DNA from: Candidatus Omnitrophota bacterium
GTDB lineage: Bacteria > Omnitrophota > Gorgyraeia > 2-01-FULL-45-10
Assembly (NCBI GenBank): GCA_020057115.1
Contig: JAGVGJ010000032.1
Coordinates: 23,722 to 87,721, forward strand
Reading direction: 5' to 3'
DNA: 64,000 nucleotides
The stretch's first letter is position 1. Every line of letters starts with the position of its first letter. Below the pieces are notes generated by a model. The model worked only from the letters and a program-made list of their open reading frames with translations. It was not told the origin of the DNA and searched no databases. Positions 9,601 to 18,667 of this stretch are shown here, piece by piece. The translations under genes and the position numbers were made by a program.

Positions 9601-12600
9601 TCTTGTCTCTTGCCTGAAGTATGCTGATAGCGATCTTTAGATCATTTATGTCATTCTGCATCGGCACTATATTAGCATTCAATTTCTCGACAACGCGCTT
9701 TACGCTGAACCGCGCCTTATCCAGCTCGGCCGTTTTTACAAAACTGACCGCATGACGAAGTTTAGCGTCACCGAGCACCTTCTTAGCTTCACCGGCAAGG
9801 CCTGATTTTGCCCCTTCAAACATAGAAACAGCGTTCTTAAGGTTTCCGACATCCTTCATGCTCGGGACCGGCTTATTCTTTCCAAGGAGGACGACAAGCT
9901 CTGCCTTATGGAGAATCGCATTATTGGTAGCTGTGGCCAGGGCAGCGTCAATGTCTGGGGTGGCCGGCGAGACCGTAAGGTTCATGAAATCTAGGACTTT
10001 AAGCGTTCCGTCTGACATCCTGCCGATATTGCCGAGAATATTGCTCTCGGTATCCACGGTAAAATAGAGGCCTCTGGCCCTTAGACTCTCCAAGAATGAT
10101 TTGGTTTCGGTTTTCAAAGTTTCTCTTGCATTGTCATCTTGAGCCTGTTCCATTTCGTCCAGAAGGGTATTGTTGGCGCGCACCTGGAGTATTATCTTCT
10201 CTCCATTCGTCGCTTCGATCATATCGAAAGCAGCTATCGCGTCACCGCCTGAATCCTTTATCTTCTTTATGGCCTCAGCAAAATCTTTAGCGCCCATCTC
10301 CCTGGTCAACGCGCTCTCCGGAGTCTCTTTACGGCCTGTCATAACGCTCTGGAATCTCTTAAGCTCCACGGGAACCTGTTCATCGCCAGGAGTCCTAAGC
10401 TCAAAGGCTAGCGTATGCCTGCCGACGCCGTCCAGTTCCGCGACCAGCCCGTCTGCTATATCTCCTTTATAGCCTCCCGCGCGGGACGCCATATCGGCTA
10501 CGGCCTTTTGCGGTATGAGCGCCGAGAACCCGACGGCCGAAGGATCACTAATGCTTATGGCTTTACCTTTAACATAATCGACCACCCCGGCAGTGTATTG
10601 TGCGTCGTTCAATTTATTAAGAGCGGCTGTAACGTCTTCTATACGGTAATGGCTCTGCCCGGCCAGGCGGTCTATCTCGGAATTAAGTTTTTTACTTCTA
10701 GCTTCGGGATTATTGGCAGTCCGTTCAAGCTCAGCGCGAAGGTCACGTCTAAGGCCTTTCAGTACATCATTCCGCTCTTTTATCTCGTGCATGAGCTTAG
10801 CTGTAAGCTCCTTCTCTTTACCTTTCTCCAGGAGGCTGCTATCAAGATATATCTGATTCCTGCCCAGGCTATAGTGCGCCTTCTGGCCCCTTATAAATAT
10901 CAATGTCGTATCTTTAAGCATGTCGGCTATACCGAGTGAGCCTATCACTTCTTTAAGAAAAGCCGCTTTTTCGGGCGAATCAAGTCCGTCTATTATATCG
11001 CCTGCCTGGTGTCCGGCATTTTCATCAAGGGTCCTATCAAGCGTTATCCCGGTCTTAACCGCATTGCCTGCGCTAATATTGTAGGCAAGGAACTGGCCTC
11101 GCCGTAATGCAACTTTTATAAGAGTTGTGTAGCTGTCATTGGGCAGATTGTCCGCGCCGCGCCCGCCTACGATCGCAACACCGGCTGCGGCTGCTACGTC
11201 TGTACCCATAAGCCCCGCCAGAGGTCTCCACACGGTTACGACATTGCCTGAGATGCCCATAGCTATATCATCTAGAGTATAGTTCTTCTGCTCTCCTCCT
11301 TTGGTCAGGTTCTCGCAAATAATGTCCTCGCCTCTAACCTCTTTGACCAGCCTTAATGTACCTGAAGCGCTGAGTATGATATCTCCTTTTTGGGGCTGAT
11401 CTATGTTTCCGAGGATATTCGGGGACCTGTTATAAAAATTTGCCAGAAAAATGGATAGCGCCGGGAGATATTGGTCCTCTTTCATGGAGCCGGTGGGCCG
11501 CCACGCGCTTGCCGCGCCTTGTGAAAGCCGTCTATTGATCTGGTCGAGCTTAACGATATCTTCCCTGCCTGTTGAAAGGTTCTCCATGACAACATCATTT
11601 CCATCTATGCTGGTTACGGCCCTCGATGTTCCAGAAGCGCTAAGCATGATATCCCCGGCCTGAAGCTGCGTCCTCCTGCCTAATACTAATGGACCAATAT
11701 TCGAGCATCCTGTAAGAAAAGTTGCCAAAGATGCAGGATAAGCGCCTAAAGCGGGAGCCATTTTCTTTACGGCAGGCCTTGCCGCGATAGCGGCAGCTGG
11801 ACGAGCTGCCGGAGCGGCCTTTGCAATAACCGTTCTGTTCATGAGGCCTTGCGCGCCTTCTTCGTATTTCGCCACATTGCCAAGCGGATCTACTTCCAGT
11901 ATTCCGCCTTTACTGCCACGCTGGCGATAATTGCCGGACATGCCGCCGTCTATACAATATACGTCGCTGTCAAGCCCTGTAAAGTTTTTGATCTCTCCTG
12001 AGCCGACAGCATGCCCTACTATCAATCGGAAATTGACATCCTTGCCAAGGCCCATCTGCTTGCGCATCGCTTCATAAAGTCTTTCTCTGTCACTGCGTTC
12101 TGCTCCTTCGCTGGCCCATTCCTTTGCATATGGCCATATATCCATACCCCTTTCGGCGTCAAAAAACATCCCTATAGCTTCGTCAAGCCCTGCCATAAGA
12201 CCGCCTTTTGTCCCATCGACTTTAGCGGCATTGGCCGGATCATAAACATAATTAAATACTGCCGCGGGGATGCTGGCATGCGCGATTATATTACCGTCAA
12301 CAGCCGCTACGCGTTTGAGATTGAGGAAGAAATCTACAACACCGTCCTTCTTCATGTTCTGGAACGCGGCTCCGAATTCACCATACTTGTCTACTTCGGC
12401 AGAGCTGCCTTTATAATTTTCGTAAAACTCTTGCACTGTATTCATAACATCCATAACCGCTCTGGGGTTGAATCCCAGCTTAAAGGCTATATCCCCGGCC
12501 CTCTCCTGCGCCGTCTTGAGGTCGACCTTCCCCATCGTCCCCATATCTTCAAAAAGTTTTCGCATTACATAATCATGGTTGCCTTCTATGGTGATGACCA

Positions 12601-15600
12601 TGGCCCCTGCGGCTTGGGCCTCCTTTATCATCTTCATGATGAACTTTACAACCGCGACATTCTGTTTACCTCTATCTATATAATCACCTGCGAATGAAAC
12701 GACCTCTCCTTTTTTAAATGTAAATTTTACATTGCCCTGCTTGTCCACGGCTACAATGCCCGCGGCTGCCAGATGTTTTATAAGTTCGTTATAATCGGCA
12801 TACACATCCGGCACCGCCACCAGCCTCGTGGCTCCTATAAAGGCCACAAAGTTCCTATTGGTTTGCGGTGATATCTGTCTTAGCTGTTTAGTAGGCGCGG
12901 CGACGGCAAGGCCTTTCTGCGCGATAGCCTGCCTCATCTGAGGAGAGATCTTTGCGAGCTTTTCAGAGACAACCGCATTATACTTTTCAACAGCCAGCCT
13001 GATATTCTCCTGCGCTTGAGGAGAGAGATAATCGACACCGATGCTTCGCGATAAGATGATCTTGCTCGTCATGACTTCGATACTGAAAGCGATATTTTTA
13101 TACTTAGAATTATCGCGATATTTGTCGTCCAGGTTCTGTATATTACCGATCCCTTTTTCTTCTATCCTGCCATCGGCCGTCACCATGACATTTACTCCGG
13201 CATATCCCTGGCCAGCATTACCGCCCACGGATTCACCTGCAAGGACTTTGTCAAAAGCATTGGACTGCATCATAGCGACATTGTGATCCACTATAACGGC
13301 ACTACCGGCAATAGCGGCCTGCCGGACACCGCGCCCTGCGGCCTGCGCGAGCTCTTCGCTTACCATCCTGTTATGGGCCGCATATGCAAGATTATTGATC
13401 TTCTTGACCGGCTGCGGAGAGCGGCGCGCTAGCGGCGTACTCTGCTCCTGAGCATTTAGCCCATTGACAACTGCCGCGCGCTCCTGTATCTCATGGCGCA
13501 GTTGCTTTGCAAGTTCAGCCGGATCGGCAATATGTTTGGTATCTATGTAATACTGGTTTCTCTGAATACCGTAATGAGTTCCGTAGCATGCCTCGCCTAC
13601 TTGCGTAGAGACGGCATCATCAAGCCCGCCTATGAATAATATCGTCGCATCTTCCCCTAGAAGCGCCCTGTCTTCCTCACTTAAAGCACTCAGGGTGGCA
13701 TTAAGGTTCTTGACTTGCTGCTGGTTAAGGGCCAGCCGGCCGGCCAATGCATTACCGTTGTCAAGATTTAGCTTAGTCCCGGTGAACCTGCCGTCCGCGG
13801 AAGGTTGGATCGCCGTAAAAGATCCCTTCCATATTGCATTCTTTATCGGGTCTGCGTAAAAATCATTATTCATACCCGCGAAACCGCGGGACGGCTCTAC
13901 AGTCGTGCCGGCAACACCGGTAAGGATCGTCATGGTATCAAGTTTTGGCTGAGCAGCGGTCATATCCATAAAACGCGAGACTATGGTCGCCGCGCGAGCT
14001 TTTATTTCTTCGTTGAAATAACTCGGGGCGACAGACCACCTGTCCGGGTGTTTTTTAGAATCGACGGAAACTTCGTAGAAGTCGGCGTCGAAACCTACAA
14101 CGCTGTCCGGATCATAACTCCTGGTATTATTGTCATATCCCATGAAACCGTAATTGTTCTTCGCATTCTGAGTGTCTCTGTCGAAAACGCCGCGGTCCTT
14201 CATCTTATTGAATAGGTTGTTGATGGCCGTCCATATCTTATCCGTCTGGGCCTTCAGATCTTTTTTGCTCCTGTCGGCATCCGCCGTGATCTTTGTGAGC
14301 TTATCGTCGTATTCTTTGCGTTTTACAGGGCTCAATAGCCCCGGCCTTGCTCCGAGAGCGGCGACAGCCCTCTGCATGTCGCTGTCGACTTTTTGCTCTG
14401 CCTGTCTTATGCTTGTCAGCGCTTCATCTACCACCATGACCTTTGTCTGGACTATGGCAAATGGCACGTCTACGACCTGCTCCTGCCCATTTTCATCCAT
14501 TACCGTGAATCGAAGGTTCTCTATGACCTGCGGAACGAATATACTCCCGAGTTTTGCTTTGGCGCCTGCATACTTGCCGGATATGTCCTTCTGCATCTTA
14601 TCGACATCCTCAGGCCTTATCTTGGTCCCGTCCCTCTTTTTGTCCGTCCTGGGAAATTTAACGATTATGGTGCCGTACGTGGGGTCGACCATCTCATAGA
14701 CCAGCATCGAATTCCCCCTCAAGCTGACTATGTCGCCTTTGGCATCTCTCATCACATTGCCGGCCGGGTCTGTCAAATACCTGAGCGGTTTCTGTTGGAG
14801 GTTGCTCTTCACGATATTATTGGTCAGCATGCCAAGCGCATCCACAAGCGCCTTCACATTATCGATGCCATTCACGTCCACCCCGGCCTCTGAAAATGCC
14901 TGGATCATCTGTTTCAGCTGCTCTTCCTTGGTCTCCGGCTCGGACAATATGTCTCTTACTCTCTGCACGTCAAGATCGCTAAGCTTCAGCCGCTGTAATT
15001 CCGCAAATACGTTTATGGAAGTCCCGGGTTTACGCAATAGCGCCATCAGGTCATTCACCGCAAGCCGGTTCAAACCAGCCGCATCTCTCAAAAATGTCTC
15101 AAGCCTTGCGAGCTTCTGATCGCGGGTCATCTCCGGAGTAACAAATACCGAGGCCACCCATTTCGACAATGCGGCCTTTTTCATGGTCTGTTCATAAAGG
15201 ACGGCGTCCGGCATATTGAATCTTGCGCCCTCCCCTTGGGCCCTCTCTAAAACGCTCCTCTGGTATTCTCTTGTTTCGCGGACAAGGTCCCTCAGCTCAT
15301 CCGAAGCCATGCGGTTCAATTCCGCGGCGTGATATCCGGTGAGGCCGTCGACCATGCCGTTGGTGATAGTGGCCGTGCCGGTCTTTGATATCTTTTGGGC
15401 GAATGCCGCCGCCTGCTCGGCGCTAGCAACTATATGGGCATCGCGCATGGTATAACCGCGGTCCCTCCAGTATGCCTCTCGCGCTTCGTGGAAAAGGGAT
15501 TCTTGTTCAAATTTCAGGTTGCCTTTTGCATCAACAAAAGCCGGGCTTGAATTCAGGACTATCACTCTCGTGCCGTCGGAGCTTACAAAATTGAACGCCG

Positions 15601-17668
15601 GGCCCATATCGCTCCCGAGGTCGCTGGTTATCACTTTGGCATCTACGCCGTATGGCTTTGTCGCTACCGCGGCTATAGCGAGCTTTTCGAGCTCCGCCCT
15701 CTTCCTCGCATTAGCATCCAGGGTAGTGACAATCTTAGCGGTAGCCGCAGCAGCGCCGACTCTCTTTAAAGCGGACCCCGCGGTGATATCTTTTTGAAGC
15801 TCTGCCAGCGTTATCTCTGTCCCGTCTTCGCCGTCACCGAAATTCATCTTTTTGCCGTCCGGCAAAAGCAGCTGGACCGCGCCGTCTTCCTCGATCATCG
15901 CCTGTATCCTGACTGCAGCCCTGAAGGCATTGACATTATCCTTGCCCCATACGGCTTCGCCGAGAGATGAGAGCATGGTCGCTATCTGCATAGATGATGC
16001 TGAAGCCATTACAGGCGCCAGTTTATCGACCATTCCCGGCTCCTTGCCTGCGAGCAGGTTAAAATACGGGGATTGGTAACCTTCGTCATTCCTGAAGGTA
16101 GGTATGATAGATACGTAGGAGATATTGTTCTTCTTGAAGAGGTCGCAGAGGTTCTCGGTGTGGAATCCTCCGGAGACTATTACCGCATATTTCTTAGACG
16201 ACGGCGGGGCGCGCTCTCCAGGGAGGCCCATCTTCATATTCTTCAAGAATGCATCATCCCTCTTGAATGAATAGGCGTAAAATTCGGATATCTCATTCCT
16301 GTAGGCGTCGAGCTCATCGATACCGTCCGAAAGCTTTGCCTGTATCTTCCACTTCGGCGCTTGGTTTTCAATAAAGGATTTGAAGTTCTTTACGGCAAAT
16401 GAGCCTTCATTTGCGAGATAATATTTATAGTCATCTCTTGTTATCGCGATATTGAATATGTTCTTCGTGAGGGTGAGGTTCTTTGAGAGTTCATCCAGCT
16501 TCCTCTGGTCATCGTTCTGGTAGAGGCCTTCCTTTATCTTGGATTCGAGGGCCGCCATCTCTTCGAGTATCTTCGCCTTGTCGATGGCCTGGTACAGGGA
16601 TATATATACTATATATTTCTGGAGTTCCGGCATATCCTTGATCTCTATATTCGCGATCTTCGCCTTTTTTAATAGATATGTGTAAAAGTCGCCTTGCGCT
16701 ATTTTTTCTGCCTGGAATTCCACCGTCATAACCACCAATTCTTCGAGCTGCTTCTTGGGAAGGGATTTCTGAAGCAGATCGACAAGTTTCGACTTCTCAG
16801 TATCTGCCTTCTTGAAATCTATCCCGCCTTCCTGTTCGAGCGACTGCTGCAACAGATACAGGTTCGTATAGCTCTTTATGTTGATTGCCTGGCGATTGCC
16901 GTATTTCACGAGACAGAGGACATAGTCCTTGAAATCGAGCTTATTCTCTTTATATTCGGTGAACTTCTTGTCCAGATCGAGGAGCTCCGGTGGATAGAGT
17001 TTATTCTTTATGTTACCTAATATATAGCTGATCTCATTCAAGTACTTATCGACCTTATCCTTATATTTAAGGGAGTTTTTATAGACTTTGAGGTTATCGA
17101 CATAGAGCTTCGTGTCTTCAACGCCCCACAGAGCCGCCTTGTTCGGATTATTTATCGCAAAATACTCGGCGCCGTTCACGAGCCCGTCCTTTACGAAGTA
17201 GTCGCTCACGCGTTCCCTGGTATCGGGATCATTTATGGAGTCGAATATTGCAAGATCATAATCTCCGACACCACCTTCAAGATTTACAGAACGGATGCCA
17301 TATTCCTTATTAAAGTAATCGATCAGTTCGGATAGCTTGCGCTGGCAGGCGTAGTTGCAATGGGCATCCTGTATATGTATGACGGTCGTTGAAGACCCCG
17401 CATCATAACTATCTCTTATATGCCCCAGATTCTGAGGCAGGCTGAATGTCTTTACATTAAGCTCTTTGGTAGAGCTTGGGCTGCCCGGTTCCTCTGAGCC
17501 GACGCTCGTAAGCTCTGGAGTTGCCCTGGCAGCCCACGCTCTTTCTACAAGGGTATCGACCCCCCCTGTAGTAAACAAAAAGGACCACAAAGTGATGATC
17601 GAGATCACCTTTAATGGCCCTTTCCTGCTTATATGATTACTGCGGCTATCAGCCCGAGCGTCTTTCAT
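6647..17668 (-). CDS. giant secreted/anchored multidomain protein (3,673 aa): possible TIKI/ChaN-like region, PPP-type metallophosphatase domain, PP2C/SpoIIE-type phosphatase domain, tandem SH3-like modules, paired HEIxER modules
   Basis: A single uninterrupted ORF with an ATG start at 17666-17668 and a GAAGGGG RBS. The N-terminus has a TM/signal segment VISIITLWSFLFTTGGV. GxxH-like motifs HIQDAH (aa ~97) and SGGFH (aa ~499) suggest a TIKI/ChaN-like fold. GDYIDRG (aa 1661) and GNHD (aa 1696) mark the PPP domain. GGDWHSF (aa 2871), GDVSGHG (aa 2892) and NAGGMP (aa 2995) mark the PP2C domain. Confidence 0.85.
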   Translation of the reverse strand: MKDARADSRSNHISRKGPLKVISIITLWSFLFTTGGVDTLVERAWAARATPELTSVGSEEPGSPSSTKELNVKTFSLPQNLGHIRDSYDAGSSTTVIHIQDAHCNYACQRKLSELIDYFNKEYGIRSVNLEGGVGDYDLAIFDSINDPDTRERVSDYFVKDGLVNGAEYFAINNPNKAALWGVEDTKLYVDNLKVYKNSLKYKDKVDKYLNEISYILGNIKNKLYPPELLDLDKKFTEYKENKLDFKDYVLCLVKYGNRQAINIKSYTNLYLLQQSLEQEGGIDFKKADTEKSKLVDLLQKSLPKKQLEELVVMTVEFQAEKIAQGDFYTYLLKKAKIANIEIKDMPELQKYIVYISLYQAIDKAKILEEMAALESKIKEGLYQNDDQRKLDELSKNLTLTKNIFNIAITRDDYKYYLANEGSFAVKNFKSFIENQAPKWKIQAKLSDGIDELDAYRNEISEFYAYSFKRDDAFLKNMKMGLPGERAPPSSKKYAVIVSGGFHTENLCDLFKKNNISYVSIIPTFRNDEGYQSPYFNLLAGKEPGMVDKLAPVMASASSMQIATMLSSLGEAVWGKDNVNAFRAAVRIQAMIEEDGAVQLLLPDGKKMNFGDGEDGTEITLAELQKDITAGSALKRVGAAAATAKIVTTLDANARKRAELEKLAIAAVATKPYGVDAKVITSDLGSDMGPAFNFVSSDGTRVIVLNSSPAFVDAKGNLKFEQESLFHEAREAYWRDRGYTMRDAHIVASAEQAAAFAQKISKTGTATITNGMVDGLTGYHAAELNRMASDELRDLVRETREYQRSVLERAQGEGARFNMPDAVLYEQTMKKAALSKWVASVFVTPEMTRDQKLARLETFLRDAAGLNRLAVNDLMALLRKPGTSINVFAELQRLKLSDLDVQRVRDILSEPETKEEQLKQMIQAFSEAGVDVNGIDNVKALVDALGMLTNNIVKSNLQQKPLRYLTDPAGNVMRDAKGDIVSLRGNSMLVYEMVDPTYGTIIVKFPRTDKKRDGTKIRPEDVDKMQKDISGKYAGAKAKLGSIFVPQVIENLRFTVMDENGQEQVVDVPFAIVQTKVMVVDEALTSIRQAEQKVDSDMQRAVAALGARPGLLSPVKRKEYDDKLTKITADADRSKKDLKAQTDKIWTAINNLFNKMKDRGVFDRDTQNAKNNYGFMGYDNNTRSYDPDSVVGFDADFYEVSVDSKKHPDRWSVAPSYFNEEIKARAATIVSRFMDMTAAQPKLDTMTILTGVAGTTVEPSRGFAGMNNDFYADPIKNAIWKGSFTAIQPSADGRFTGTKLNLDNGNALAGRLALNQQQVKNLNATLSALSEEDRALLGEDATILFIGGLDDAVSTQVGEACYGTHYGIQRNQYYIDTKHIADPAELAKQLRHEIQERAAVVNGLNAQEQSTPLARRSPQPVKKINNLAYAAHNRMVSEELAQAAGRGVRQAAIAGSAVIVDHNVAMMQSNAFDKVLAGESVGGNAGQGYAGVNVMVTADGRIEEKGIGNIQNLDDKYRDNSKYKNIAFSIEVMTSKIILSRSIGVDYLSPQAQENIRLAVEKYNAVVSEKLAKISPQMRQAIAQKGLAVAAPTKQLRQISPQTNRNFVAFIGATRLVAVPDVYADYNELIKHLAAAGIVAVDKQGNVKFTFKKGEVVSFAGDYIDRGKQNVAVVKFIMKMIKEAQAAGAMVITIEGNHDYVMRKLFEDMGTMGKVDLKTAQERAGDIAFKLGFNPRAVMDVMNTVQEFYENYKGSSAEVDKYGEFGAAFQNMKKDGVVDFFLNLKRVAAVDGNIIAHASIPAAVFNYVYDPANAAKVDGTKGGLMAGLDEAIGMFFDAERGMDIWPYAKEWASEGAERSDRERLYEAMRKQMGLGKDVNFRLIVGHAVGSGEIKNFTGLDSDVYCIDGGMSGNYRQRGSKGGILEVDPLGNVAKYEEGAQGLMNRTVIAKAAPAARPAAAIAARPAVKKMAPALGAYPASLATFLTGCSNIGPLVLGRRTQLQAGDIMLSASGTSRAVTSIDGNDVVMENLSTGREDIVKLDQINRRLSQGAASAWRPTGSMKEDQYLPALSIFLANFYNRSPNILGNIDQPQKGDIILSASGTLRLVKEVRGEDIICENLTKGGEQKNYTLDDIAMGISGNVVTVWRPLAGLMGTDVAAAAGVAIVGGRGADNLPNDSYTTLIKVALRRGQFLAYNISAGNAVKTGITLDRTLDENAGHQAGDIIDGLDSPEKAAFLKEVIGSLGIADMLKDTTLIFIRGQKAHYSLGRNQIYLDSSLLEKGKEKELTAKLMHEIKERNDVLKGLRRDLRAELERTANNPEARSKKLNSEIDRLAGQSHYRIEDVTAALNKLNDAQYTAGVVDYVKGKAISISDPSAVGFSALIPQKAVADMASRAGGYKGDIADGLVAELDGVGRHTLAFELRTPGDEQVPVELKRFQSVMTGRKETPESALTREMGAKDFAEAIKKIKDSGGDAIAAFDMIEATNGEKIILQVRANNTLLDEMEQAQDDNARETLKTETKSFLESLRARGLYFTVDTESNILGNIGRMSDGTLKVLDFMNLTVSPATPDIDAALATATNNAILHKAELVVLLGKNKPVPSMKDVGNLKNAVSMFEGAKSGLAGEAKKVLGDAKLRHAVSFVKTAELDKARFSVKRVVEKLNANIVPMQNDINDLKIAISILQARDKKLLNAATAALKDAEELRAAEDKSIEDIRQEALKANEGVEAIDLNVALDMLVNLNAAGIVQKEAVDALRGQMKINILDRVQLQMATAAITKALELSKAADVIDNAINKEIVKHNKTLLSKDVMETLEEHNDAESMARAISMFGVTSEEFNAIQTELDKGIKTQNVDIFRKQMIQNPFDAANAAGGDWHSFAESKDGRFALMEMGDVSGHGIQGAIVGCILYRIAKDFRYPMNGKMMTAIEAIETIASTMPEGDQVGQTKKVLSAYQAYLQAAMSLELAKVGLGSTRMFITYNSVLIDNRLKRTYDYNAGGMPIAVISRDVPTDLTAKIKEIMSDAMLTNESDKRAAVDKYIADNITSESSKKKATALGFVREKAIEPLKNIDMLDPNQVETLLPAYARANIIVKDNVRAIVFANDRFNEAMDAERNDIYDPADFKVGSYAPFTDKTANDYFLMKASHEALQIAAGKSTIDSMAKNMVKKDVIQPDGTVKTVDSIVHDDANLLIYRLSDVRRPVVPAAPTAMVVTPAVEKAAITPEDKITQYLLEAGEALKRLRDTGLEEHFTAAASSLNKAVEMDPKLGGIPTATIAHFAVDFLQAPAKDKTAFRKFLSKLDPALRAESRAKAKALFTIYEKDYDAGKYKMNATLYPDADGSVGTLEVAGYDELGPIDESKKVLDTSGQSISTSGVIGPVVPSPTSLVASPYSQALDRIVAEQLIPGSKLDQAALNNAAKDVLGSLTKNSALTADKVIKQLLEALDSSPLSAENKQMIEASLRFVVIAESLSSAWPNKLNVVVQFLPDLGLKAPGTNIGNRAGGVIEKDFNVSAKSIIGMEDASDFEIADIITKAAKAMEAAAAPKDARAIVFLPKKLEKTFSLVMKDLAEKNTPGLDRVRVVSIDTAGEFPDTATFFAFGIKLLDYDRLTAEERAAQDHQDLLNMIALVASGKEDPKDILKKIFEKGYTLPIRKINFNDIKAWKRAQDAVLMSL

Positions 17669-17915
17669 GGTGGCTTAGCCCCTTCTTTCATTTTATAAAT
17701 ACTTTTTAAATCTTTAAATTATCTCCTCTAAAAAAATGCCTTTCCGAGCGTCGCTTCGGTCCAGCTTACTTCGAGCGTCCTTCAATTATAAGTTTACCTG
17801 ATGGATATGAAAATACAAGGAAACTTAGCTAGCTTTTTTCAATACTAACATTTGCTAGTTTTTCGGATAGAATTGGAGGCATGTGAGGCGGCGTCGGTAT
17901 CAGAGATACCGACAT

Positions 17916-17947
17916 CCGCCATATTTTTCAGAAGAAAAATATGGCGG
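17916..17947. repeat. 14-bp perfect inverted repeat CCGCCATATTTTTC-agaa-GAAAAATATGGCGG overlapping the 3' end of tRNA-Ser(CGA)
   Basis: The sequence is read directly. The right arm is the tRNA acceptor 3' strand plus CCA. A second hairpin (GGCGGCGTCGGTATC-agag-ATACCGAC..) follows at ~17885-17915. Confidence 0.5.
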
Positions 17948-18031
17948 AGAGGGAGAGATTTGAACTCTCGTACCCCGTTAGGGGTAACACGCTTTCGAGG
18001 CGTGCGCGATCAACCGCTCTGCCACCTCTCC
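17942..18031 (-). tRNA. tRNA-Ser (anticodon CGA), with CCA encoded
   Basis: Reverse complement GGAGAGGTGGCAGAGCGGTTGATCGCGCACGCCTCGAAAGCGTG-long arm-GAGAGTTCAAATCTCTCCCTCTCCGCCA. Confidence 0.85.
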
Positions 18032-18262
18032 GGTCATTACTGATAATCTATTCTAATCTGTCTAAATTTTTTCGCGCTTGCGCAAAATTTGGATCCCGCT
18101 TGAGAGTCTTACAAAGTTCTCTGGCCTTAACTATATCACCGGCATCGCGATACTGCGCGGCAAGACTATTATATAACAGATACTATACCACAACGGATAA
18201 CAGAAGCACAAACAGGATAGAAAAAATATGCCTCCTGGAATATGGATCTTGAAAGCAATGTG

Positions 18263-18667
18263 CTACAATTCCTGCCTGGCCCATATGTAGAACCTCTCGG
18301 CCTGTTTTAAGATCTCGAGAGCATCGTGTTGTGAAAAAACCGCATTGTCATATTCTATCAAAGACTTCTTCGCCAGAATACGGCGAAATGCGCTTAACTT
18401 ATCACCGACTCCATCGATCTTAAGATTCTGCTTCATAAGGTCCAGCGCAACCATATGGTCTCTGTCTATCGACCTCCTCCCGCCATATCTGACAAGAAGC
18501 GCATCGGCTATCGAAATAGCGCAATGTACCGCATTCAATCCAACCGCACTCCAGTAACCTTCTTTCTCAGCGTGAAGCATGGACTTATAGAATTCCTCTG
18601 CCTTCTTCTTATAATTCAAGTATTGAGACCTGTCGACTTCCGCTGTTTTAACCTTCTTCGATGTCAT
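18263..18667 (-). CDS. HEPN-domain protein (putative toxin of HEPN/MNT pair)
   Basis: It is a small 134-aa protein with an Rx4-6H-like motif (RRSIDRDH). It overlaps the upstream MNT gene by 4 nt (ATGA). Confidence 0.6.
   Translation of the reverse strand: MTSKKVKTAEVDRSQYLNYKKKAEEFYKSMLHAEKEGYWSAVGLNAVHCAISIADALLVRYGGRRSIDRDHMVALDLMKQNLKIDGVGDKLSAFRRILAKKSLIEYDNAVFSQHDALEILKQAERFYIWARQEL

Noticed and set aside
6894-17020. Numerous plus-strand ORFs of 60-230 aa inside the giant gene (e.g. 12011..12697, 14172..14699, 10415..10939)
   Set aside because: They are antisense to a continuous 11-kb minus-strand ORF with clear domain motifs. They are Ser/Leu/Ala-rich low-complexity translations typical of shadow ORFs, and no motif was recognised.
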